From contig JAPYNQ010000020.1 of NCBI GenBank assembly GCA_028289815.1, positions 263-64,262 of the forward strand: 64,000 bases of DNA. Reading direction: 5' to 3'. The stretch is from Gammaproteobacteria bacterium. GTDB taxonomy: Bacteria > Pseudomonadota > Gammaproteobacteria > JAJDYQ01. The notes under the pieces were generated by a model. That model was given only the letters and a program-made list of their open reading frames with translations. It searched no databases and had not been told where the DNA came from. The position numbers were made by a program, and so were the translations under genes. Within the stretch, counting starts at the first letter, position 1, and each line of letters starts with the position of its first letter. Positions 38,456-48,846 of the stretch are shown here, piece after piece.

Positions 38456-39706
38456 ATGAGCCTTGTCGTTGAGATCCTGATTGGTCTGCGATATCTGCGG
38501 GCTAAAAGGCGCAACCACTTTATTTCTTTTATCTCCCTGATATCCATGCTGGGTATAGCGCTGGCGATTACTTTGTTGATAACCGTTTTGTCGGTTATGA
38601 ATGGATTTCAGCAGGAATTACGGGACCGTATCCTGGTAATGACTTCGCATGTCACTGTGTCGGGCATTAACGGTGGAGGTATTGATGACTGGCGTTCAAT
38701 AATAGATACATTTTCAGATGATTCGGACATCACCGGCAGCGCCCCATATGTGCGTGGACAAGTCATGCTGAGCCATGCCGGCAATGTAAATGCCGCGTTG
38801 CTCCGCGGGATCTTGCCTGAATTGGAATCTTCCGTATCAGCGGCTGCCGACAAGATGATGATCGGAAAATTATCGGATTTAAGGTCTGGAGAGTTTGGTT
38901 TAATTCTGGGTGTAGAGCTAGCCCGTTCATTGGGTGTGCTTCCCGGTGACAGGTTGACCGTGGTGTCGCCGCAGTTAAATGTGTCTCCGGTCGGTGTTAT
39001 GCCGCGATTGAAGAGCTTTACCCTGGTCGGTATCTTTGAGGTTGGTATGCATGAATTCGATTCTGGTTTGGCGCTTATGCATATAGATGATGCAGCAAAG
39101 TTATTGCGCTTTAAAGGTCAGGCTAGTGGGGTGCGTTTACAGCTTGAAAATCTTTTTGATGCACCTCGAAAACGATATGAGTTTTCCCGGCAACTGGCAG
39201 GACGCTACTGGGTCAGTGACTGGACTCGTCGTCATGCCAATTTCTTTCGGGCGGTGCAGATGGAAAAAACTATCATGTTTATCATCCTTTCGCTCATTGT
39301 GGTAGTGGCTGCCTTTAACATTGTCTCCACTCTCGTGATGGTTGTGACGGACAAGGAATCGGACATCGCTATTCTGCGTACGCTGGGAATGTCGCCTTCA
39401 TCCATCATGCAGGTGTTTATGGTGCAGGGAACGGTGATTGGTGGACTGGGAACCTTGGCTGGCATGGTGGGTGGAGTAACTTTGGCAACCCACCTGGAGT
39501 TTATTGTGCGCCGGATAGAGCAGATGCTTCAAACCAAGTTTCTTGATGCCAGTATTTACTACATTAGCGATGTTCCTTCACTAGTGTTGTGGGGGGACAT
39601 TGTATTGATTTGTACGATGAGCTTTCTGGTGACCGTGTTAGCGACTCTATATCCAGCCTGGAAGGCAGCTCATACTCATCCCGCTGAAGCACTTCGCTAT
39701 GAATAA
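38456..39706 (+). CDS. lolE: Lipoprotein-releasing ABC transporter permease (LolC/E family)
   Basis: IGLRYLRAKRRNHFISFIS, LSVMNGF, AAFNIVSTLVMVV..K..DIAILRT, PAEALRYE. Confidence 0.93.
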   Translation: MSLVVEILIGLRYLRAKRRNHFISFISLISMLGIALAITLLITVLSVMNGFQQELRDRILVMTSHVTVSGINGGGIDDWRSIIDTFSDDSDITGSAPYVRGQVMLSHAGNVNAALLRGILPELESSVSAAADKMMIGKLSDLRSGEFGLILGVELARSLGVLPGDRLTVVSPQLNVSPVGVMPRLKSFTLVGIFEVGMHEFDSGLALMHIDDAAKLLRFKGQASGVRLQLENLFDAPRKRYEFSRQLAGRYWVSDWTRRHANFFRAVQMEKTIMFIILSLIVVVAAFNIVSTLVMVVTDKESDIAILRTLGMSPSSIMQVFMVQGTVIGGLGTLAGMVGGVTLATHLEFIVRRIEQMLQTKFLDASIYYISDVPSLVLWGDIVLICTMSFLVTVLATLYPAWKAAHTHPAEALRYE

Positions 39707-40379
39707 CTCAGTCGTATTGTCATGTCTTGGACTTAACAAGAGCTATCAGCAGGGCGGTAGCCGTATTGATATTCTGCATGACGTCAGCCTGAATATGTAT
39801 CAGGGTGAAAGCATCGCGATTGTTGGAGTATCCGGGGCGGGTAAGAGCACCTTGTTGCACCTGCTTGGCGGTCTGGATAAACCGGATAGTGGGGAAATTC
39901 TGATAGGCGGACAAGATATCGCCCGATTGAATGAGCGGCAGCTAGGCCAACTGCGTAATCGTAGTTTGGGATTTGTTTATCAGTTTCATCACTTACTGCC
40001 TGAATTCACAGCGCTTGAAAATGTCAGCATGCCGCTAAGAATTGCCGGCATTGCAAAACAGCAGTCGGAAGAAAAAAGCAGGCTGATGCTATCCCGGGTT
40101 AACCTGGAAAACCGTATCGATCATAAACCTTCGGAACTGTCAGGCGGTGAGCGTCAGCGCGCAGCCATTGCCCGCGCTCTAGTGACTTTGCCATCGTGTG
40201 TACTGGCCGATGAACCAACAGGTAATTTGGACAGCAAAACGGCAGATGGTGTTTATGAATTATTTCTGGAATTGAATCAGGAGTTTGGTACCAGCCTGTT
40301 GATGGTTACTCATGATAAAAGTATTGCCTCACGTATGGACAGGATTGTGCGTTTATGTGACGGGACGTTAGTTGGTTAG
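39699..40379 (+). CDS. lolD: Lipoprotein-releasing ABC transporter ATPase
   Basis: GVSGAGKST, GFVYQFHHLLPEFTALENV, LSGGERQR, LADEPTGNLD. Confidence 0.96.
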   Translation: MNNSVVLSCLGLNKSYQQGGSRIDILHDVSLNMYQGESIAIVGVSGAGKSTLLHLLGGLDKPDSGEILIGGQDIARLNERQLGQLRNRSLGFVYQFHHLLPEFTALENVSMPLRIAGIAKQQSEEKSRLMLSRVNLENRIDHKPSELSGGERQRAAIARALVTLPSCVLADEPTGNLDSKTADGVYELFLELNQEFGTSLLMVTHDKSIASRMDRIVRLCDGTLVG

Positions 40380-40457
40380 GAAAGTATTATGGTGTGGAGT
40401 TGCTTATGCCTCGTTTTGGTAGCCTCACATTGAAGCGCTAGAGATCGGTCGAGTGCC

Positions 40458-41090
40458 GTGCCAGAAATAAGCACAGTTAAGGAACATATTGCTTGGTCAT
40501 ATGCGAATTTGGCATGTGCGCATTCGGCAATTGAGTCCGGCAAAAGCAAATATAGCAGGTCGAACTACATGATCCGAGCCAGACTCAATAAGGGGCTTGT
40601 TTCCGGCACCATGAGCATGCGTTCCACGTTTGATGATGAGAGAATCAAATACAAATACCCGGAATCCTGCTGTTATTGCGGTTCCAAAAATAATATCCAA
40701 ATAGATCACTTGATCCCGCAAATCAAGGGTGGTCAAGATAGTGCCGATAATCTGGTTTGGGCTTGCAGGTCATGCAATAGATCCAAGCGGGATCGGGATG
40801 TTATCGTTTGGTTGAAATCCAAAGGCAAGGAGCCGTCTATTTTGCTGCTTCGCCGCTATCTAAAACTGGTAACCAAGTATTGCGAACAAAATCAACTGCT
40901 TGATCTTCCACTGACGGAGGTTGCAACAATGAAACTTCCATTTCAAATAATGGCACTACCGTACAAACTAGAGAATATTGAGCACCGCGTCCTGTGGGTG
41001 GAACCAAAGGAAAATCGTCATGCAAAAGGCGAGCTCCAGCCAATCGCTTCAGCCGACAGACAGCCTGCTATATGGCTTGTCTGCGGTTGA
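40458..41090 (+). CDS. HNH endonuclease (gene-cassette borne)
   Basis: CCYCG....IDHLIP..KGG.D..DNLVWACRSCNRSK; 3' end runs into an attC-like site. Confidence 0.85.
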   Translation: MPEISTVKEHIAWSYANLACAHSAIESGKSKYSRSNYMIRARLNKGLVSGTMSMRSTFDDERIKYKYPESCCYCGSKNNIQIDHLIPQIKGGQDSADNLVWACRSCNRSKRDRDVIVWLKSKGKEPSILLLRRYLKLVTKYCEQNQLLDLPLTEVATMKLPFQIMALPYKLENIEHRVLWVEPKENRHAKGELQPIASADRQPAIWLVCG

Positions 41091-41105
41091 GCTTGGTCGT
41101 TGGTC
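41034..41105 (+). other. Integron attC-like recombination site (degenerate)
   Basis: CTCCAGC-CAATC-GCTTCAGCCGACAGACAGCC-loop-GGCTTGTCTGCGGTTGAGC-TTGGTC-GTTGGTC: imperfect palindrome with 5/6-nt spacers and unpaired T and A in the left arm; R'' AAC mutated to AGC. Confidence 0.75.
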
Positions 41106-41108
41106 CCA

Positions 41109-41745
41109 ATGCCAATGACGCCAGAGGAACCCCGATTCAGGTTGATCCATGATGCTCTTCATGCGAGAAGCAACACCGGGACGGCATACTATGACCGCAG
41201 CTATCCCGGACTGCTTCACTCTGGGGAGCGCGTCATGGAAGGTACCTCAATTGAAGAAGATTGGATATTGCTTGCTCATGGAATAGCTGATTGGAATCGG
41301 GGCTACCAGCCTTCACCTCATGCGTCCTCACTTATAACCACAGAAGAACGAGTGAAAAACGCTCTGGTGGAAGGTTTCCGAACTTCAGAATTTTCTCGGC
41401 GGGAGGAAAGACTTTGTTAATGCAGCAAGCCGACGTATTGCAAAGAGTCAGAGGGTTCTCAGTATTCAAGACGAGAAAGCCGTAACCTTAGCATCTAAGC
41501 TCCTACATTTCTTCTCCCCTAGGCTATTCCTGCCGCTCGACAAGAACATAGCTGGGCACCTCGGCATAACCAGGTCTCCTAATCAGCTTGCAGAGTATGC
41601 TTACTGCTTGATGGAGCTTGGCTTCTCATTACAAGACGCTCCTGATGATCAGGCTTACGCTATACATTGGCAGTGGACACCAGAAGTATCCCCGATCCGG
41701 GTAGCCGACTGTACCTGCTACTGTATAGGTGGAGATTGTGATTGA
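41109..41745 (+). pseudogene. Frameshifted cassette gene with ASKLLHF..P..F.P.D motif (DUF6308/HhH-like)
   Basis: ATG 10 nt after attC GTT; +1 frame from ~41370 is open to TGA 41745: ..AVTLASKLLHFFSPRLFLPLDKNIAGHLG.. Confidence 0.6.
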
Positions 41746-41766
41746 TACAAGCTCCATGCAGATTTG

Positions 41767-41857
41767 GCCTAATAATACAAACGAGTTCGCTCCAGCCTCT
41801 GCCAAACGGCACAAACCATTGTGCGCCTTGTCCACCGTTTATCCGCTGGCGCTATAT
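41767..41857 (+). other. Second, more decayed attC-like site
   Basis: GCCTAAT (cf RYYYAAC) AATAC AAACGAGTTCGCTCC ... internal IRs AAACGG/CCGTTT and GCACAA/TTGTGC ... GTTTATC CGCTGGC GCTATAT (cf GTT core); 21 nt after cassette stop. Confidence 0.5.
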
Positions 41858-42353
41858 TTAAGGGAAAGCTCATCGCGGCAGTAAATCAATTGGAACGAGC
41901 AAGTGCCACATGGCCTTCACTCATCGAGATGGCGAAAAACTACACCACGATCTCGTATGCCTAAGTTAATCCATTGAATGAGCATAACTCTATTAGCGCA
42001 TTTGTCTGCTTTCTTAAGTATGCTCGGCCCCTGACCTCTGCTGGAAAGCCGCTTTTGTTGGTACTGATTTTTGCCACCCTTTTCTTGAATTTTGGGGGTA
42101 TTATTATCGATATTTATATTCAGATGTTACTCTACATGGCTTTTCAAGGTTTCCTGATGATGTTTTATATATCTGCTGAAAGCGTAATGGTTTCTTCTCC
42201 GGAAACAGATATGTCCAGTACTCTGGAGGAGTATGCCCAGCAAGTGAAGATGTCAGGCTCAGCTTCGCATACCACAGCCACGGAAATGTCTATGCGGTTT
42301 AGCGGTTTCATCCATGCCGCATGGAGCGCAAAGTAACAAGGTGGGACGACATA

Positions 42354-43238
42354 ATGGAACTATGTGATTTTCAGATTGGTCTTGACAGGCCTTTTTTCCT
42401 GATCGCTGGTCCATGCGTTATTGAGAGTGAGCAGTTGGCGCTGGATACATCGGGACGATTAAAGGAGATTACCGGGGAGCTTGGAATTAATTTTGTCTAT
42501 AAGTCTTCTTTTGATAAGGCAAATCGCAGCGCTGCAGGCAGCTTTCGGGGTTTGGGCATAGAAAGGGGATTGAATATACTGGATAAGGTAAAGCAGCAGA
42601 TTGATGTACCGGTACTCACCGATGTACATGAAGATACGCCGTTGCAGGAAGTCGCCTGTATTGTTGATGTGTTGCAAACTCCGGCGTTTCTGTGCCGCCA
42701 GACCAATTTTATTCAGAGTGTTGCCAAGCAGGGGAAACCGATCAATATCAAGAAGGGCCAGTTTCTTGCGCCCTGGGATATGGGCAACGTTGTTGATAAA
42801 GCCAAGGCTGCTGGTAACGAAGAGATCATGATCTGTGAGCGTGGTGTATCCTTTGGCTATAATAACCTGATTTCCGATATGCGTGCGCTTGCTGTGATGC
42901 GTGCCACAGGTTGCCCGGTTATTTTTGATGCCACGCACTCTGTGCAATTACCCGGCGGACATGGTAACTGCTCTGGCGGGCAGCGTGAACATGTGCCGGT
43001 TCTGGCGCGAGCAGCAGTAGCAGCAGGTGTTTCCGGGGTTTTCATGGAAACTCATCCGGACCCGGATAAGGCACTGAGTGATGGTCCGAATGCGTGGCCG
43101 TTGGCGGAGATGAAGGCATTGCTTGAGACAATGGTTATACTGGACAGGGCAGTTAAAGCCGGTGGACTGATTGAAACTGCCGGAAGCTGCCGGACAAATG
43201 CGAGGACGGACCAGTCCGGTTTACCGAGTGAGCAATAA
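42354..43238 (+). CDS. kdsA: KDO-8-phosphate synthase
   Basis: [55 protein letters not shown]. Confidence 0.97.
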   Translation: MELCDFQIGLDRPFFLIAGPCVIESEQLALDTSGRLKEITGELGINFVYKSSFDKANRSAAGSFRGLGIERGLNILDKVKQQIDVPVLTDVHEDTPLQEVACIVDVLQTPAFLCRQTNFIQSVAKQGKPINIKKGQFLAPWDMGNVVDKAKAAGNEEIMICERGVSFGYNNLISDMRALAVMRATGCPVIFDATHSVQLPGGHGNCSGGQREHVPVLARAAVAAGVSGVFMETHPDPDKALSDGPNAWPLAEMKALLETMVILDRAVKAGGLIETAGSCRTNARTDQSGLPSEQ

Positions 43239-43282
43239 AGCGGAATGGTGCTTTGCCGGATGCCTGTTGCGGCGATATTTGT

Positions 43283-43768
43283 ATGTACGATATTCGTAAA
43301 ATTCTGCCAAGCCTGGTGATGGTGCTTTATAGTCAGGTTGGTTTTGCCGAGACTTGCCTGGATGGTTTTGAATTAACTGCTATTGTCGTTCTTGAAAACG
43401 ATATCAGACAGTCAGTTGCATCTTATGCTTGTCATATGGTTCATCCGAGACATGAGTTGACTTATGAGCTGTACGATCAGCTTCGCCAACGCTGGGGTAG
43501 GCAACGCTTCAAGCAGCGCATAATCCGGGATCGGGTTTACAGGCGTATTTACAGCAATGAATGGCGGGCTAAAATTGATGAATGGCGGCGAGTGATAGCA
43601 ACAAACGAAGGCAGGTTGTTCAAGCCTGAAATAAACGCATGCCAAGATCTGAGATTGGAAATATTGAAGCATATCGGTAGCTGGAAGGCACTATTTATGG
43701 ATGCAGCCCGCAAGGCTGCTGGTGAGGCTTATGATCCGTTGCGCTGTACGGTCGTTGAAGCCAAATAG
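43283..43768 (+). CDS. Hypothetical exported protein
   Basis: Signal-like MYDIRKILPSLVMVLYSQVGFA; 4 Cys in mature part; no recognised motif. Confidence 0.55.
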   Translation: MYDIRKILPSLVMVLYSQVGFAETCLDGFELTAIVVLENDIRQSVASYACHMVHPRHELTYELYDQLRQRWGRQRFKQRIIRDRVYRRIYSNEWRAKIDEWRRVIATNEGRLFKPEINACQDLRLEILKHIGSWKALFMDAARKAAGEAYDPLRCTVVEAK

Positions 43769-44124
43769 CTATAGATGGATAGCAATATTACTGCCCTTGC
43801 AACAATAGCATAAGGGATCCCCTGAAAATCGCTGTGCACTTCTATAGTCGTGGTATGTGGTGTCCGAGGTTCTCATGTATCGTCTATAATACTGTGGCTG
43901 CCGGCCTCATACACTTTGCCATGCAGTCGCTCGCTACGGTTTTGCGAGATCACTGTTGTTTAAAGATTCCGACTGTCAGCAATGTAAGGCGGCGAGGTAA
44001 AAAGCAGGTGGTCAGAATTTTGGCGTCGATAATTAAGTCTTGACTGAATCAATAATTGGCGCCTATCGTGCCAAAACCTGAGTTTGCAGGGGAGATGCCT
44101 CTACATAGAACCATTGATAATAGT

Positions 44125-44745
44125 ATGGGCAGCGTATTTGTCTATTGGGATAGCCCCAATATATTTTATGGGGAGCAAAGAATCGCCGAGATGAGAGAGG
44201 TACACCTAATGCTCGCTACCCGACCCGGATACATTTTGTATCATATTGTTGTGCCTGGCTTGTGCTGATCGCCTGCCTGAAAGAACTCTAATGTTCCGGC
44301 CTTGGGCCGCTGGAATTATACCAGATGTGGAATCTTCTGGAAAATCAAGGCGTGGAAGTCCACCTGCCTGGCCGTGGCTCTACCAACACGGTAAACCGGA
44401 GATAACTGAACAATGGTTGCAGCTTAGAATGCCGGAGAGTACCTTGGACTGAACGGTGACTCCGATATCGTTGTGCTGATTACCGTGATGGGGAAGGTAT
44501 GTCGAGAGCCGCGACTTTCACAGCACCTTATAACGCATGCATAAAAAGACTGGAAGGTCGAAACTCTATCATGGCGGCGCGTATGCAATAAACGCATGCG
44601 TCTGTGGATGGAAGAACATTGGGTCTTTGTCTCGCTGGATGACTACTACGGGGCGATTATTTTCAAGGAGACCTCTTCTCCCGGGCATGATTCTACCGTG
44701 GCATGCGACCCGGCACCATTGTTGGATTTGTCTCAATGGCCATAG
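44125..44745 (+). pseudogene. NYN (PIN-like, LabA/DUF88) domain protein pseudogene
   Basis: VFVYWDSPNIF, MWNLLENQGVEVHL, QWLQLRM, NGDSDIVVLI, FVSLDDYY across frames with stops. Confidence 0.7.
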
Positions 44746-44951
44746 GCCATCGTTGGTAATTATTCCGGAAAATCGCCACACGAGCAATATGAAAACTCTG
44801 GACTGGTCTGTTCACGCCATATACGGGTTTTAATCCCCGATTTTTATAATGCAGTCCCCATAAAGGGTATGCTAAAATTGGCCGTTTAAAGGGCGCTTGG
44901 TGTCGCTTTTATCAAATATGCTTGATAAGGAAACTGTTTTTGCGAAATTCC

Positions 44952-47513
44952 ATGGTTGATTTTGCCAAAGAAATTCTCCCGGTAAATCTCGAAGACGAAA
45001 TGCGTCAGTCCTATCTGGACTATGCGATGTCGGTCATTGTAGGTCGTGCCCTGCCTGATGTGCGTGACGGGCTGAAGCCGGTACATCGCCGTGTGCTTTA
45101 TGCCATGAATGAGCTGGGCAATGACTGGAACAAGGCCTACAAAAAGTCGGCACGTGTCGTTGGTGACGTGATCGGTAAATATCACCCACATGGTGATTCT
45201 GCGGTCTATGACACGATGGTACGTATGGCGCAGTCGTTCTCCATGCGCTACATGCTGATTGATGGTCAAGGTAACTTTGGCTCGGTTGATGGTGATGCTG
45301 CAGCCGCTATGCGTTATACCGAAGTACGTATGGCGAAAATCGCTCATGAGCTACTATCGGACCTGGAAAGAGAAACCGTTGATTTTGTGCCTAACTATGA
45401 CGGTTCGGAGAAAGAACCGGCTATTCTGCCATCCAGAGTACCTAATCTTCTGGTTAATGGTTCTTCGGGTATTGCTGTGGGCATGGCAACCAATATCCCA
45501 CCGCATTGCCTCACAGAGGTCGTTGATGGCTGTATCGCACTTATTGACAATCCCAAGCTCACGGTTGACGAGCTGCTGGAAATCATACCTGGTCCGGATT
45601 TCCCAACGGCCGGACTGATTTATGGTGCCAATGGTATTCGCCAGGCGTATGTGACAGGTCGCGGGCGTGTCTATATGCGGGCCCGCACAGAGGTTGAGGA
45701 GGACAGTTCAGGCAAGCAGACGATTGTAGTGACCGAGCTGCCTTATCAGGTCAATAAGGCACGTTTGCTGGAGAAAATCGCCGAACTGGCCAAGGAAAAA
45801 AAGGTTGAAGGTATTACTGCACTGCGTGATGAGTCCGACAGGGATGGTATGCGTGTGGTGATTGAATTACGCCGAGATGAAGTCTCCGAAGTGGTATTGA
45901 ACAATCTGTTTCAGCACACCCAGCTGCAAAGTGTATTTGGTGTCAATATGGTCGTGCTGATGGATGGTCAGCCCAGGCTGGTGTCCCTTATTGACATACT
46001 GTCGGCCTTTATCCGGCACCGTCGTGAGGTGGTTACCCGCAGAACCATATTCGATTTACGCAAGGCGCGTGAGCGCGCACACATTCTGGAGGGATTAGCC
46101 GTCGCGCTGGAAAATATCAATGAGGTTATTGCGCTGATCAGAGCATCCTCAAGCCCGTCTGAGGCGCGCGAGCGCCTGATGGGCAAGTCCTGGCGGTCCG
46201 AAGTAGTTGTGAAGATGCTCAAGGCGGTGGACGTTAATGCCACGCGCCCGGAACAACTACCTCATGAATTTGGTTTGATTGATGGGGGATATCGCCTATT
46301 CAGGAATCAGGCTCAGGCTATTCTTGATATGCGCCTGCAAAAATTGACTGGCTTGGAAAAAACCAGAATTCTGACGGAATATCAGGAACTTCTGGATAGA
46401 ATTAAAGAGCTGCTGGAAATCCTTGCTGATGCCGATCAGCTTATGATAGTGATTCGTGGTGAGCTGGTTGAGGTCCGTGAAAAATATGGTGATGGGCGCC
46501 GTACCGAGATTATTGAAGATCGTCTGAACTTAAGTCTGGAGGACCTGATTACTGAGGAAGATGTGGTCGTTACATTGTCGCATGCGGGTTACGCAAAGTC
46601 TCAGCCATTAACGACCTATGCGGCGCAACGTCGTGGAGGCAAAGGCAAGACAGCGACCAGTGTTAAACAGGGTGACTATATCGATAAACTGTTTGTTGCC
46701 AGTACACATGATACTATCCTGTGCTTTTCCAGCCGTGGCAAGGTTTATTGGCTCAAGGTTTTTGAATTACCGCATGCGAGCCGCGCTGCCAGAGGGAAGC
46801 CGATTGTCAATTTGCTGCCTCTGGAAGAAGATGAGCGGATTAACGCTATCCTGCCAATTCGTGAGTATTCCGGGGATAGCTATGTGTTTATGGCAACCGG
46901 TAAGGGCCTGGTGAAAAAGACATCTCTTATGGAATTCTCGCGACCACGTTCCAACGGTAAAATCGCACTGGAGATTGTTGATGGTGACCGGCTTATAGAT
47001 GTGGCTGTAACCGATGGTAACCGTGAAATCATGCTGCTTACCAGTGCAGGCAAAGCAATCCGTTTCAAGGAAGACGATGTACGGCCAATGGGGCGTGCGG
47101 CGCGCGGTGTTCGTGGCATCAGAATTCCCGAAGATCATGAGGTCAATGCGCTGATTATCTGTGATAAGGGAGATATCTTGACTGCGACCGAGAACGGTTA
47201 TGGTAAGCGTACCCTTGTTACAGATTACCCTTTACGGAACCGTGCCGGACAGGGAGTTCTTTCGATTCAGTGTAATGAGCGTAATGGTAAGGCGATTGGG
47301 GCACTGCAGGTCGAGGAGAATGACGAAATTATGATGATTAGCAGCGGCGGGGCGCTGGTCCGAATACGGACTGATGAGATTCCCCGGACCGGTCGCAATA
47401 CCCTGGGTGTGACCTTGATACGCCTGGGTGAGGAGGAGATGCTTGTTGGCCTGGAGAAGGTAGATTCTCTGGACGATGGTGACGCAGCCGATATGAAATC
47501 TGACGAGGTATAA
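44952..47513 (+). CDS. gyrA: DNA gyrase subunit A
   Basis: [19 protein letters not shown], GyrA box QRRGGKG, C-terminal beta-pinwheel repeats. Confidence 0.98.
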   Translation: MVDFAKEILPVNLEDEMRQSYLDYAMSVIVGRALPDVRDGLKPVHRRVLYAMNELGNDWNKAYKKSARVVGDVIGKYHPHGDSAVYDTMVRMAQSFSMRYMLIDGQGNFGSVDGDAAAAMRYTEVRMAKIAHELLSDLERETVDFVPNYDGSEKEPAILPSRVPNLLVNGSSGIAVGMATNIPPHCLTEVVDGCIALIDNPKLTVDELLEIIPGPDFPTAGLIYGANGIRQAYVTGRGRVYMRARTEVEEDSSGKQTIVVTELPYQVNKARLLEKIAELAKEKKVEGITALRDESDRDGMRVVIELRRDEVSEVVLNNLFQHTQLQSVFGVNMVVLMDGQPRLVSLIDILSAFIRHRREVVTRRTIFDLRKARERAHILEGLAVALENINEVIALIRASSSPSEARERLMGKSWRSEVVVKMLKAVDVNATRPEQLPHEFGLIDGGYRLFRNQAQAILDMRLQKLTGLEKTRILTEYQELLDRIKELLEILADADQLMIVIRGELVEVREKYGDGRRTEIIEDRLNLSLEDLITEEDVVVTLSHAGYAKSQPLTTYAAQRRGGKGKTATSVKQGDYIDKLFVASTHDTILCFSSRGKVYWLKVFELPHASRAARGKPIVNLLPLEEDERINAILPIREYSGDSYVFMATGKGLVKKTSLMEFSRPRSNGKIALEIVDGDRLIDVAVTDGNREIMLLTSAGKAIRFKEDDVRPMGRAARGVRGIRIPEDHEVNALIICDKGDILTATENGYGKRTLVTDYPLRNRAGQGVLSIQCNERNGKAIGALQVEENDEIMMISSGGALVRIRTDEIPRTGRNTLGVTLIRLGEEEMLVGLEKVDSLDDGDAADMKSDEV

Positions 47514-47519
47514 TCTGCC

Positions 47520-48602
47520 ATGAACAAGGTATATAACTTTAGCGCTGGGCCGGCTATGCTGCCCGCTGCGGTGATTGAAAGAGCACAGGCTGAAATGTCG
47601 GACTGGAACGATTCCGGTATGTCAGTCATGGAAATGAGTCATCGCGGAAGCGAATTTATGAGCATTGCAGGGCATGCGGAACAGGTTCTGCGCGAGATTA
47701 TGGAAATTCCTTCCAATTATAGGGTACTTTTTTTGCAGGGCGGTGCCAGCACACAGTTTGCCGCCGTTCCCATGAATCTGCTTCGTGGTAAGAGCAGCGC
47801 CGACTATCTGCTGACCGGTATATGGGGCAAAAAAGCCGTGGCTGAAGCAAGCCGCTATTGTGATGTCAACCTGGCCGCTGATGCTTCGGAACGGAGTTTT
47901 ACGGAGATTCCCTCTCCCGAGACCTGGAGTCTGGATGCCAATGCAGCGTATGTGCATTACACTCCAAATGAGACTATTGGGGGAGTGGAATTTCATTGGG
48001 TTCCGGATGTTGGCGATGTACCCTTGGTAGCTGATATGTCCTCCACGATTCTGTCTCGTCCGATTCCGGTTGAGCGTTATGGAGTGATCTATGCGGGCGC
48101 ACAGAAAAATATCGGCCCAGCCGGGTTGGCGCTGATCATTGTTCGTGAAGATCTGACTGGTGAAGTGGTTGAGGGTACGCCGGCAATGTTGAACTATCAA
48201 ACGCATGCTGATAATGCTTCCATGTTCAATACCCCACCAACTTACAGCTGGTATATCGCGGGCCTGGTATTTGACTGGCTCAGGGAACAAGGTGGCTTGC
48301 GGGCTATAGCCGAAGTCAACAGGCGTAAGGCGGATAAACTGTATAAGGCTATTGACGAGTCCGATTTCTATTCCAGTCCGGTGCGTGCGGACTGCCGTTC
48401 CTGGATGAATGTGCCTTTTACTGTTGCTGATGGTAGCCTGGATGCTGCCTTCCTGGCTGGGACGAGGCAGGCCGGACTGCTGGCATTAAAAGGACATCGT
48501 TCGGTCGGTGGTATGCGTGCGAGCATCTATAATGCCATGCCGGAGAAAGGGGTAGATACGCTGGTGGATTTCATGAAAGAGTTTGAGAGTAGCAATGGCT
48601 AA
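47520..48602 (+). CDS. serC: Phosphoserine aminotransferase
   Basis: YNFSAGPA, MEMSHR, YAGAQKNIGPAG, GHRSVGGMRASIYNA. Confidence 0.97.
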   Translation: MNKVYNFSAGPAMLPAAVIERAQAEMSDWNDSGMSVMEMSHRGSEFMSIAGHAEQVLREIMEIPSNYRVLFLQGGASTQFAAVPMNLLRGKSSADYLLTGIWGKKAVAEASRYCDVNLAADASERSFTEIPSPETWSLDANAAYVHYTPNETIGGVEFHWVPDVGDVPLVADMSSTILSRPIPVERYGVIYAGAQKNIGPAGLALIIVREDLTGEVVEGTPAMLNYQTHADNASMFNTPPTYSWYIAGLVFDWLREQGGLRAIAEVNRRKADKLYKAIDESDFYSSPVRADCRSWMNVPFTVADGSLDAAFLAGTRQAGLLALKGHRSVGGMRASIYNAMPEKGVDTLVDFMKEFESSNG

Positions 48603-48846
48603 ATCAATACTGCTGGAGCCCCTGTAAATCATTTAGAGAGTCAGACACTATGCAAAAGAAAAAATCAGCGATCAGCTGACCAATCTCTATACAAGTAGTT
48701 ATCGACAACCAACTCCACATCTGCCAGCAGGTCGAAAGGATTGAAGGCAATTTGGACAAACACCGGGAACAGGATAGTGGTTAGTCTGGCTGGATGCCTG
48801 ATTTATACCAAGGACAATGATGACATGGGAAATGAACCGAACCAAA

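Noticed and set aside
41974-42336. 120-aa membrane protein ORF before kdsA
   Set aside because: TTG start without RBS and no recognisable family; probably eroded DNA.
45190-45215. Quinolone-resistance substitutions in GyrA
   Set aside because: HGDSAVYD retains wild-type Ser83/Asp87 equivalents.
48603-48846. IS end (GACACTAT at ~48644) in the serC-serA spacer
   Set aside because: Only an 8-bp match to the IS5-like end motif, with no transposase sequence recognised.
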